64,000 nucleotides of DNA from Phoronis australis (Eukaryota; Animalia; Phoronida). Made by a program: the position numbers and the translations under genes. The notes beneath the pieces are model-generated. The model was given only the letters and a program-made list of their open reading frames with translations. It had not been told where the DNA came from and did no database searches. The number at the start of each line of letters is the position of its first letter. The stretch's first letter is position 1. Below are positions 1 through 11,958 of the stretch, in pieces. Where the stretch lies: positions 124,001-188,000 of the forward strand of contig NMRA01000267.1 of NCBI GenBank assembly GCA_002633005.1, given 5' to 3'.

Positions 1-2799
1 ATTGGAAATCGCCAATTCGTGCCTTTGTCTACCACACATTTGCTGTGACTTTACCAGTTCAGTAGGCTGTAAATATTATGCCATGTTTTGAGTGTGGTTT
101 AGTTCCGCCAACATGGTGTTCGTATTTTATTAAATTTTAACAGTTGTGAGTTGTTCACCAGACTAGTTTTATGTTCTTAACTAATGATTAAGGAAACAGT
201 ATTGTCAATGCAGTTATGTGTAGTTGCTCACTATGAGCATACTGTTGAGTCGAGTCCAACAGTTTACCATTCCTCTGCTCTCCGTGCTGTCGTTTCGTAT
301 GCTAATATTACTCTGCTCACTAAGCTGGCCATCGACAACAATAGTTTTGTTGGGCACTTTTGACTGGAAAGTCATTTCTTGTCACAGTTGTGTCTATGGC
401 AACCAGTTAAAACAGTGCTTAGGTTGAGTTATCCAGTCATGTAGAAAAGATTAATAGTTACTCACTTTGTGAAAAGATAGCTAGGAATGGTCTTTGTATC
501 TGTTGATGTTGTACAATTGTACAAAAACCAAAGGAGGTAATCGCCATTTATGTGTCAACTGGACTAATTATATTGCATCTCAGTTGTGGGTTGAGTGGTC
601 TCATTTTTGGCAGTATTTCACACAGATGTCTGTATACTGTATAAATTCAACCATATGTGATCGGCCCATATTGCTGCTGCGAACTCTATTAGGGTGAGGC
701 AGCACATAATAGACACAAGTATAAGCTGGAGTTTGTTAGCTTATACCCTTCTGAGAGTTGAATATTTTGATATTGGTGGTGCATATATTTAGAATTTGGC
801 CATCAACTTTGATGTGTAGCTCTGGTTAATATGTCTAGCAGACTGAACTGAAAATGGAGGTAGTCTTAACTAAAGTTGACCTGGCTAAAAATCTGGGTTA
901 ACCTTGCTGCCTCTTTAGGATGAGGTAATATTGAATAAGATGGATCACTGTAGATAAGAACACCACTGCTTTGGCAGCTGTTGTGGTATCTTTATGGTGA
1001 TGTGGTGTTGTTATTCAAGTTCCTGGTTTGAGTTCAAGAAGTAGTACACTAAAATGGTCACGTAGTTAGTCTATGCTAGCTTGTTGTTAGTTTACTCGTA
1101 AAATGCTGTTTTGTTTAGAGTTCAATTTTTTGTATTTAAGTTTCAGAAGATTTTTGTTTAGAATTGTTGACTTGTTATTACAGCATCGTTGAGAAGAGTG
1201 TTGTTTTGTTTTTGGATGTCATGTGCGAATATTTTTCACAGACTCCGCTAGTGAAGTAGGAGATGGCTGTGTTATGTTACAGAGCCTACACTGTATTGTA
1301 CAGATGATATATGAGAGATTTACTTGGCTGATGGCCTTGGTAATGTTTTGCAAACAAACTTGATCTAGTATTAGTGTGTGTTGTTTGGGGTGAAAAGGTG
1401 AACAAGTACTTTATATTAGATATAGTTTGCTTTTGTAATTGGCAGAACAGTGGAAATGTCATTCAATGAATCTTGTTGGTCAGTGAATTATCTCTTAATG
1501 CAAATGTCTTTGTGTTGTGTTGTGTTCTTCGTGGTTCAAGTCAAATGGACTTCTGGCAGTTGTCCCTATGTTAATCGTAATGGGATTAAACACTGAGGAT
1601 TGTACTCTTTGTTTTGAGCGCAGATCATGCTACTGATAAAGCTATATCTGTGTAATAATTGTACCCTGTGGACATAAACTGTATTAGACTCACCATCGTT
1701 ACCTATCTCTTTATGGCGTGAACAAAAGATGGCACTAGCGACTATTTCATACTAGTGTTGTGTTACTGTACATAGAAACCCTTTCTGCAGATCGTCTTTA
1801 CTTTATTTCCTAATGAAAGTGAAGCCATGTTGGTCATGGTGACACTAACTTGGCTTGCTGTAGCTATTTTGAAGACATCATTAGGTTATTTTTGACTTAC
1901 AGCAGCTGTCGATTTAATTTATCAACTGGAGCTTTAGTTATGACCAACATCACTTCCCTGATTTTAAAGTCTGTGATTCTTCATGAGGATAATCCTGTTT
2001 GACTTGTGTCCTGTCTAGTCAGGAAGGCTTGTTGATGTAGATGTGTGATACAAATGCTGTTGTTTATAGTTCCGATCTGATTTTAATCTGTGCTTTTGGC
2101 TATTAATCATAGATGGGGAATAGTCGTGGAATGTTTTGTGATTCATTAATGAAGGTTACTGCTCTACCAAACTATTTGACGACGAACATTCACAGGAAAC
2201 AGAGACTAATCTCTTGCATATGGCTTGCAGTTCGTTAAGTTGTGTGATTGGGCAAACAATTATAAAGAAATACTTTGCAAACATCTCTGAGTTTCCTCTT
2301 CTTGAATTTACTCTGTATTGTGATTGCTGTGTATGGCAAGTCTGAAGAAGTTCATTGTATTTAGGCGCTGGTGTCAAATAACCTTATACTGGTATATGAT
2401 GTGACGATGATAATGAAGTTACAGTTCAGTGTATTTACATAGGAGACTTCTATGTGGTTCTTGTACAGAACAGGACTAAAGTCATCAGACAAAATACTGT
2501 TTATCCATCATGACGGCTAATTATGCTAACAACAAAATGACTGGTAATGACTACTGTAGCAACAAAATTCTAATTACAGAGTGGCTTAGCCACCTGTCTA
2601 ACATATGAAGGAAATCTACTCTGAATTTAGTTTCCACACATCCATCGTGACGGGATTTCTGGGTCATTTTTTCCGAATATCTTTGAGTCTTTGACATGTG
2701 CATTGAAACGTTTGTGATGCTGAATGCGTTGACATGTATGAAAGAGTTACAAATAACTTTGGTGCCCCAATCTTAAACATCTTATTTTTGTAATTTCAG

Positions 2800-5700
2800 A
2801 GGCGAGATGAGCGTAAAGTTAAGAACACAGACGTCCGGCTAATTGACTTTGGATCAGCAACGTTTGACCATGAACATCACAGCACAATAGTCTCAACAAG
2901 GCACTACAGGGCTCCAGAAGTCATATTAGGTAGGCTGCCCTGACGCTCACTTGTCTTGGTGCAACTGTTTTAAGATGACATGGCTCCATCGAAAGCTAGA
3001 TAATATGTGTGCCATTTCCCTGAAATTTGTCCGGCTTTATTTCAGACTAACCGTGAAAACCTAGATAGGGTTGAATGAAAAATAAGACTAAACCATTAGT
3101 GAACATGTTTCTTTGAACCAAAATATGTGTGAGAAGAGATTTGTTTCAGTTTTTTAACGTACAACTTGACTGCCATTGGCAATGGATCCCAGCGTCACAT
3201 TTTTATAAGGTGTGAAAATTAATCAATCACCTGCAGTGATGGGTTTTAAAAGCACGTTCTGTGTTATCAGCTAGTACTACTCTGCAGACGCGCAGCTTTG
3301 GGATGCATACCACTCTGCTTAACTACAAAGTGTTTTGCAGCAGAGAGCAGCATCATGGTAGAGGGGTTAGTTTATTCTCTGAATAAGGGGGGGATAATCA
3401 TTCAGGTGTATTCTCTCTTCTGTTTCAGAGCTTGGCTGGGCACAACCTTGTGATGTATGGAGTATTGGTTGTATTATATTTGAACTCTACACTGGTTATA
3501 CGTTATTCCAGGTAAACGATTTTGCTAGATGTGTAAAGTGACTGTGTGCTGTTTGTGTTAATTTCATAGCTTACCAAGCATACACGTTAATCGAATATTA
3601 TATTATATTATATTATATCATATTATATTGTGGGAGTGTATCATTACAATGTTAATGGGTCATTGCAGGTGTCTGTAGATGTATTCATTTAATTAATACA
3701 TTGATTAAATTAAGCATGCTTTTTATAGTCTTCCACTCTCCTGATGTTCAATTAATGTCTCATTTCTCGTGTTTGAGTTCAGTTGGTGTGCAATGCTCTC
3801 TTTGTTGTAACAATTCCGGAAATGCGGAAGAAGTTGTATCAGACATTATGTAAACAAATTTCATTTGGTGACTGTGTTTATCAGTTCCACAAGTTTGGTG
3901 GAATGCTTCTTCCATTTTGTAGAATGTAGTTTTTGATGTACATATGTACATTAACTGCAGGCCCTCAATCTCGACATAAATTATAATTACTAAAAGCGAC
4001 AGTTACTTCACATCAAACGAAAGTCTTCAGAAACTATCAGAAATAATTGTTTTATCAAAGTTATGAAATCAACTATGCAGTCATTTTATTAAATAATGTG
4101 TTTCAAAAAAGACTGCTTCCTGTCCATACTAACAAACTGGTGCTCCGTAGCATTTTAAGGTGTTTGTGGTGTTATCTTTTGAGAGAACTATTGTTTTGGT
4201 TCATGTTATGAAGTAGAACTGTCTGCTTTGGTTCTTGAACATGGTAAGTTAGTGTTCCCTAATTACACAGATAGCACCATGGATAAGATGAGTTGATTGT
4301 TGTGATGGTCACATTCACTGAAGCTAACTTGATTTATTCCAGTTTGATGGTTCAGATTTATGTTCAATCTAATTAGCCATGTGTTGAACTCTAAAACAAT
4401 TGATTTTGCTATGCTAGTTGCTTTGCACTGATAGAAGTGCCAGTGTTAAATGATTCGTACCATAGATGACAGACAACGGATTCACTGCTTGGATATGTTC
4501 TCATGAAATTCCCTAGTAAAGGCACCACTTGCTTCCTGTTCTAATCTCATCTTCCTGGATAGTGTACTCAGGCGTGGAATTCTATTTCACTGCCTAGCAG
4601 TACAAAAGAAAACATTTTGGCTTTGAAAAGCAGTCAACGTCTCCATTTAGTAGAAGTCTTGGTATTGTAAGTAATTTTGCCAGTAGTTCAGGACGTTCAG
4701 TTGCAAAATTCAACCTCTAACAACACTAATCATTGTTAGCAGACGTTCATACCGGGCCAACTCAACAGGGTTTGCCAATAAAAGATGATGTTGCGGCTTG
4801 TTTGCAAAATCACAGATCTGATCTCTTTTCCTATAATATAGAGTCCCGTGTTCAATGTTCTATAATCTCTAGGTTACCATGTGCTCCCTTTTCTGTTTCA
4901 GACTCATGACAACAAGGAACATCTAGCCATGATGGAACGCATTTTAGGTTCCCTCCCCTACGCCATGGTCAGAAAATCAAAGTAAGGTCCACTAAAACAA
5001 TGAAGAGTTTACTTTCCATGTCTAGGAAATGCAAAATGAAGTGAATACTTCTTCCAAATCTTTATTAAATGTGGCAAGTTTATTTGTATGAAGGTGAGAA
5101 CAGGTGACGGCGACTTTCAGACATACCCGAATACAACTGTGTCCCCTAGTGGCAATTTTTTTCCATTTTCCTCAGTATCTTGATAGTTCCTTGACAGATT
5201 GTTATGAAATTCAGCAGATAATCAATGACAGCTTCCCATTTTTATGTAGATTTGNTCACCTGCAGTGATGGGTTTTAAAAGCGCATTCTGTGTTATCAGC
5301 TAGTACTACTCTGCAGACGCACAGCTTTGGGATTCATACCACTCTGCTTAACTACAAAGTGTTTTGCAGCAGAGAGCAGCATCATGGTAGAGGGGGTTAG
5401 TTTATTCTCTGAATAAGGGGGGATAATCATTCAGGTGTATTTCTTCTGTTTCAGAGCTCGGCTGGGCACAACCTTGTGATGTATGGAGTATTGGTTGTAT
5501 TATATTTGAACTCTACACTGGTTATACGTTATTCCAGGTAAACGATTTTGCTAGATGTGCAAAGTGACTGTGTGCTATTTGTGTTAATTTCATAGCTTAT
5601 CAACCATACACGTTAATCGAATATTATATTATATTATATTATATTATATTATATTATATTATATTATATTGTGGGAGTGTATCATTACAATGTTAATGGG

Positions 5701-8700
5701 TCATTGCAGGTGTCTGTAGATGTATTCATTTAATTAATACATTGATTAAATTAAGCATGCTTTTTATAGTCTTCCACTCTCCTGATGTTCAATTAATGTC
5801 TCATTTGTCGTGTTTGAGTTCAGTTTGTGTGCAATGCTCTTTTTGTTGTAACAATTCCGTAAAGTTGTAACAGACATTATGTAAACAAATTTCATTTGGT
5901 GACTGTGTTTATCAGTTCCCCAAGTTTGGTGGAATACTTCTTCCATTCTGTAGAAATGTAGTTTTTGATGTACATCTGTACATTAACTGCAGGCCCTCAA
6001 TCTCGACATAAATTATAATTATTAAAAGTGGCAGTTACTTCACAACAAACAAAAATCTTTAGAAACTAGCAGAAATAATTGTATAATCAAAGTTATGAAA
6101 TCAACTATGCAGTCATTTTATGAAATAATGTGTTTCAAAAAAGACTGCTTCCTGTCCATACTAACAAACTGGTAGGTGTTTGTGGTGTTATCTTTTGAGA
6201 GAACTATTGTTTTGGTTCATGTTATGAAGTAGAACTGTCTGCTTTGGTTCTTGAACATGGTAAGTTAGTGTTCCCTAATTACACAGATAGCACCATGGAT
6301 AAGATGAGTTAATTGATTGTTGTGATGGTCACATTCACTGAAGCTAACTTGATTTATTCCAGTTTGATGGTTCAGATTTATGTTCAATCTAATTAGCCAT
6401 GTGTTGAACTCTAAAACAATTGATTTTGCTATGCTAGTTGCTTTGCACTGATAGAAGTGCCAGTGTTAAATGATTCGTACCATAGATGACAGACAACGGA
6501 TTCACTGCTTGGATATGTTCTCATGAAATTCCCTAGTAAAGGCACCACTTGCTTCCTGTTCTAATCTCATCTTCCTGGATAGTGTACTCAGGCGTGGAAT
6601 TCTATTTCACTGCCTAGCAGTACAAAAGAAAACATTTTGGCTTTGAAAAGCAGTCAACGTCTCCATTTAGTAGAAGTCTTGGTATTGTAAGTAATTTTGC
6701 CAGTAGTTCAGGACGTTCAGTTGCAAAATTCAACCTCTAACAACACTAATCATTGTTAGCAGACGTTCATACCGGGCCAACTCAACAGGGTTTGCCAATA
6801 AAAGATGATGTTGCGGCTTGTTTGCAAAATCACAGATCTGATCTCTTTTCCTATAATATAGAGTCCCGTGTTCAATGTTCTATAATCTCTAGGTTACCAT
6901 GTGCTCCCTTTTCTGTTTCAGACTCATGACAACAAGGAACATCTAGCCATGATGGAACGCATTTTAGGTTCCCTCCCCTACGCCATGGTCAGAAAATCAA
7001 AGTAAGGTCCACTAAAACAATGAAGAGTTTACTTTCCATGTCTAGGAAATGCAAAATGAAGTGAATACTTCTTCCAAATCTTTATTAAATGTGGCAAGTT
7101 TATTTGTATGAAGGTGAGAACAGGTGACGGCGACTTTCAGACATACCCGAATACAACTGTGTCCCCTAGTGGCAATTTTTTTCCATTTTCCTCAGTATCT
7201 TGATAGTTCCTTGACAGATTGTTATGAAATTCAGCAGATAATCAATGACAGCTTCCCATTTTTATGTAGATTTGAGATAGTACGCCTCCTAATGACCATT
7301 TGTATTAAGTTTGTTTCTGTGGTGGCGTTCATCTCTGTCGGCCAAACGACTTACAATCTTTATGAAAATTGATTTTTGGTTAGTTCTAGAGAATTGTGAC
7401 ATATAGATGGCGCTTGCTATTCGCCCTAGCCGCCCTGTCTCTGTTCTTTCAGGTTACGATCATTCGTAGTTTGCTGTAACCAATAAACAGTGAAGAAATA
7501 CTTGCGAGTTATTTTCTAAGTTCTGACTGGTGTGGCGTCACCTAGTGGAAGTTTTGCTTCCCCAGCTGTTTCTCCTAAACCCCTGTAGGATGTTTATGAA
7601 ATTTGGCAAGTGTATTCTTATGAACGTGACAACGCATGACGATGACTTTTGGGCACATCTGACTTACATTTTGCCCCGTAGTGGCATTCATAGTCTTTTT
7701 ACGTTCTTAGAAGCTGTGTTCTTATTGCTGACTTGCTATGCATCCCCGGCAATTTTAAGTTAACTAGCATTGCTCCCTCTTGTGGGAATGTTAAGGATTG
7801 TGATAATCCCTTGTAGACGTATGTGGTGCACATGGTGGACGCATATCAACGCTCCTCATTGTTCTTGTAATTGACGGGGTGACGCAGTAGTTTTGACATT
7901 TTGGCATACAGCACTATTACTGAAGTTAAAAGTCTTGCATCTGTCTCTGGAAGTGTTTTGTCGTCAAGAGACAATTCAACTCACACTATCTCTAGCTCTG
8001 GCCCAAACTTGCNCTGTTGATCATCCTTGTGCTTTTGTTTTTGCATAGTAATGGTTCAGCTTATAATTTTCATTTGTCTCAAATTACCTGTTTGTAATCG
8101 ACTGATATTGGTCAAAGTGACGTACAGCATATATTTTAAAGAACTTTCAACACAGATATCTTTATTTTATTGATTTCTTCCTGGGCTTAGTGAAGTTCAT
8201 TAATCAATCCAGTTTTACTGCCCCTGACTTCAGATGGTGGTGATTCTGATGTGACCTACTCGTGACTGTTTGTGGCTTGAAGGTTGCACAATAAACCTTA
8301 TTCACGCAGTAACCATTTTAATAAGTGAGCCTCTTTTTAGGTTTAAAATACAATGCATTCGAGACATGAATAGAATGAGTGTGCACATGATTAGTGTTAG
8401 TGGTCGAGTGCTTTTGTGGAGATAACTTCATGTTTGATAAATTTTAGCATTTACTAATTTTCTGGAAATGTTGGAGAAAAAATTATCAATGTGTTCGATG
8501 TTATAGATTTTTTAGAAATTAGTATTTTGGTGGCTGTTTTGGCCCTGTTTCAGATCGTAATTTCGCAACTTCGCAAAAGCTTTCGAAATGGAAAACCTAC
8601 CAGAAGTCTTAAAAAGCCTCATTAATTTTAATGTAGGTGGAGTAGTGAACCCTGCCTTTTGGATAATTTGAGTAGTTTCATGGTTTTGATGAACATATGC

Positions 8701-11700
8701 CAATTAAAGTAGGCAACAATTCTAGGTCTTCATTTATTAAAAGGTGGTCTTCTGCTTTTGTCTGGCTCTGGTATATGCAGTACGCGCTGAAAGTATTCAG
8801 ACAAAATGTCCCCGAATTCCCTATCATGGCCACTCGACAGAAGATGATTTCATCATCAGACCAAGAATGAAGTTGTATTAACAGGGAAGTTAGTAACGTG
8901 GCTAAGCCATTCTGTAGAACTTTACAATTTTGCCACAATAATAGTCCTTTTTGTTGTTATAGCAGAATTAGCCATCACAGCTAGGAAACTGTATTGTGTC
9001 TGATAACTTTTTGTCATGTGTTGCATATGCTCTAATTTTGCATGTCTATACGGACGTCTTATTCCTTCAAATGTTGTATTTTAAATACAGTGCATTATTT
9101 GTGAATCTCTCGACTAGACTGAAACGAGCCAATGGTTTGTGATTGTTTCTTAATGTGTTACACTTATGATGTGTGCAAGAGAGTAGACAGAATGGGGCAC
9201 ATGCTAGCATTTACTGAGCAGTAATTAAAGGTGTCTTCTGTGGAAAACAACTTTTGACTTGGACCTCTTTTAAGTGGTGTCAATGTGTTTTTCTCTCAGA
9301 TGAGGAATGATGTCGGGGCAGTGGACAAATTGACAGTTTATTAGCACTTGAGACCATACTCTACACATAAAAGAACCCCTCCTGTTGATAGGTTTGCTTT
9401 TTAAGCCTGGTCTTAAGCAGTAATGAACTACGTTGTCTTACTGAGCTCCGAAATCTTCTCATCTGAGTAAGGAACCAGTTTAGACCTGTTTAGACCAGTT
9501 TTGTTATGGCAAGTGGTCTAAATGAAAAATTAATTTTTCGACAAAATGCGGGATTGTTGCTGCATTAAGTAGATAAATATTTGTCAACATTTTTTCTCCT
9601 TGTGTGAAAGGCTCTGTTTTGGGTGTTTGTGTGTTGGTGCGTGCGTGCTTGACTACTTCTCTCTTTCTACTTGTTGTTTTTTATTTTTCTATGCAAGATT
9701 GGGCTACTATTTTCATGGCCGGTTAGAGTGGGACCCCGACACTAGTGCTGCTCGCTACGTCCGGGAGCAGTGCAAGCCATTACATGTGAGTACGCGCAAA
9801 CGTGCGCTCCGACGTACACGCTGCATGTATTAGTACTTGCCAGCCATCTGGTGTTCAGGATGGACAACACGAGAGGTGGCCCAAGCAATGGGTGCATAAC
9901 ATGCTTGGCTGTGTTCTGGCTGAACATTGCCCATTTGCAGAGTTTTTGGATTTTGGGGTAATCCACCTTGGAAGTTGGTGAATAGGGACTACAAGTCGCT
10001 TGAATCAACTTACTTGAAATAGAAACATTACGCTTAACCATATTTCAAGAAATGGAGTATGCACTTTTGACAAGTTTTGAAAAATAAAGAAAATAACTCT
10101 GCAACATGAGCCATGTATATTCAACTCCCAACTTTTTTTGGAAAATATCAAAATTCTGTGAATGGATATGTATCCTTGTCTAATCACATGGCAAGTGTGG
10201 ATTTCTCTGTTTGTCTTGGGCTAGCTAAGTGTTGTCTGTTCTGGCCTGTCGGCCCCATCTTCGTAGCTTAGAACAAACAGTGCATGCCCGTTTGTTGACG
10301 TTGCCAATTTGTTTTTTTGAAGAAAAACCAAGTACTTCTATAAGAGCAAGTTGGACTGGGACGAACATAGCAAAGAAGGAAAATACGTGCGAGATAATTG
10401 CAAGCCTTTACATGTACGTATAGCTTTCTCACGCACTGTATTACTTTTCCTGCCTCTGTCTGCAATCAAAGTAGGTATCGTGGACAAACTTCTTATCTCA
10501 GTCTTATAAAGCATGGTGAAGATTTCACGTGGGAGAGTGACGCGCTGCCGCCTGGGTATTGACAGACCAGTTGTTACTCCAGTATTTAAGGAGACATATT
10601 TCAGTTAAGTCAGTTTTCCTCCCTCACTAACCGCAATGTTTTCCATCAGCAGTGTCGTTTTGTCCTTCTGATTAACAGTTGACTTGATGTTTGGAAGGTA
10701 ACTATTTGAGTCAAAGATGGCGTTCAGCACATTAGTATTAATGAGGGTATTCCGCGTACCACTCGCTAAGAAGCTCCGTGTCCACCGAGGCGGCGCTTGT
10801 GGAAGTTACTGATGTTTCGAGGTCTTCTACAGGTGGAGTCTGACCATGTTACATCACATCACACTTTTTCTTGCTCGTGCACGTCTGCTTTCTGTGTGCT
10901 GTCCTGAGTCGTCAAAATCTCTTCACTTATTTAGTAATCATTCCAAAAAGGTGAAATTAAATTTTGTCACAAATTCCTTCACAGAAATAAAGGTTAAGAA
11001 AAATTTAATCTGTTACTGCCATGTTTGTTTGTACTGTGAAGATGTCATCATAAAACAACATTTGGTGGACGTTATTAATGTTTGTTACAAAGTAATCAAA
11101 CTTTTGAAAATGGAAAAATTTCAATTTTGGCAATTTTTTTTTTTTTTCGAAATAAGTGGAGAATTAACATATGTCATGTGTGCATAATTCGCTCGATCAG
11201 TATTCTGTGAAGTAACGCTTGTTGAGTGTAGGTCTATCACTAACATGTTGTGCACAAGATGTTTCAGGTATTCTGTTAGTATAGAGCGCAGATGTCGAGT
11301 TTGGCTTCTATCTACATCACCCAGTATAACTGCGCTTCGACCAACCTTCTGTTCAGTCACTGGTTATCTGCCAATGAATTATAAAACCGATGTTTTTATG
11401 ATATCAAAGAACTTGTTTAAGTCTATTTGGATAGGCTTGAGTAAATTCGTATGTACAATAAGATCACTGAAACCAAAGCTTAAAGCATCGTATTTAAATA
11501 AAATATACCTAATTTGATCACTGTATTTTCATTCCTTACATGAGGCATTGGTCTGCATTTTAGTTGAATTTATTCTTCAGACATTAATTTGTTGTGTGAT
11601 TGTGCTACATTAGGCATTAACTCAAAGCTCAAAACATTGTAGAATCCAAAGATCTTCACCACCGTAAGTGTCTAATTTATTATTTCACTTGGAAATATTT

Positions 11701-11958
11701 ATCCCCTTGTTGATGTGTTATGTAACATGGCTCCCATTGTCTTTACAGCGCTACATGTTGGGTAGTGGTTCCGAGCACCAACTGTTGTTTGACCTGATCC
11801 TCAGAATGCTGGAGTACCAGCCAGGAGACAGGATCTCGTTGCGGGAGTCGCTTGAGCACGGCTTCTTCGACCCACTCAAACGCACTGCCACTGCCTCCAA
11901 CCAGTTGGAAGACACCAAGAACGACCTACGTGAGCGTTCTCATAGTCTAAGCAGATAA
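2800..11958 (+). CDS. CLK2: CDC-like (LAMMER) dual-specificity kinase CLK/Doa, 3' part (5' exons lie upstream of the window)
   Basis: GT-AG exons 2800-2929 ([43 protein letters not shown]), 3429-3511 ([28 protein letters not shown]), 4902-4981 ([26 protein letters not shown]), 9698-9785 or 10323-10413, and 11749-11958 (RYMLG...[28 protein letters not shown]...RERSHSLSR*). Phases join in frame. DFG, APE and the diagnostic [11 protein letters not shown] motif are present. The paralog number is nominal; probably the single invertebrate CLK. Confidence 0.96.
5256..7274 (+). repeat. Second copy of 3227-5254, including duplicate CLK exons 5455-5537 and 6922-7001; probable haplotype/assembly duplication
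   Basis: Direct repeat abutting the single N at 5255. The first half differs by SNPs and small indels; the second half is essentially identical. Confidence 0.9.
5620..5670. repeat. (ATATT)n microsatellite; shorter allele at about 3594-3629
   Basis: Pentanucleotide run whose length differs between the two duplicated copies. Confidence 0.85.
7120..7790. repeat. Interspersed repeat with internal CCCTAGTGGC-type subunits; related inverted copy at about 53600-54050
   Basis: 7560-7690 aligns to the reverse complement of about 53860-53990 (CAGCTGT.TCTCCTAAACCCC...TTTGGCA.GTGT...TAGTGGCA). Confidence 0.7.
8870..9020 (+). repeat. Interspersed repeat fragment shared with about 41175-41320 and about 43670-43810
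   Basis: Shared TTAACAGG.AAG.TAGTAA.GTGGCTAAGCCATTC ... AGAATTAG block. Confidence 0.65.
9698..9785 (+). CDS. CLK2: CLK alternative exon A (88 nt), post-LAMMER insert
   Basis: Pyrimidine tract plus AAG acceptor and GTGAGT donor; phase 2 to phase 0; encodes [29 protein letters not shown]. Confidence 0.9.
10323..10413 (+). CDS. CLK2: CLK alternative exon B (91 nt), homologous to exon A
   Basis: TTGAC branch-like site (A at 10298), T-tract plus AAG acceptor, GTACGT donor; phase 2 to phase 0; encodes [30 protein letters not shown]. Not in the ORF track. Confidence 0.88.

Noticed and set aside
1-2799. Search for upstream CLK exons or snoRNAs in this intron
   Set aside because: No HTDLKPEN-type exon or convincing C/D or H/ACA box arrangement found; only short hairpins (for example 719-746) compatible with chance.
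10560-10562. In-frame TGA as possible selenocysteine
   Set aside because: No SECIS recognised, another stop follows shortly, and there is no in-phase donor.
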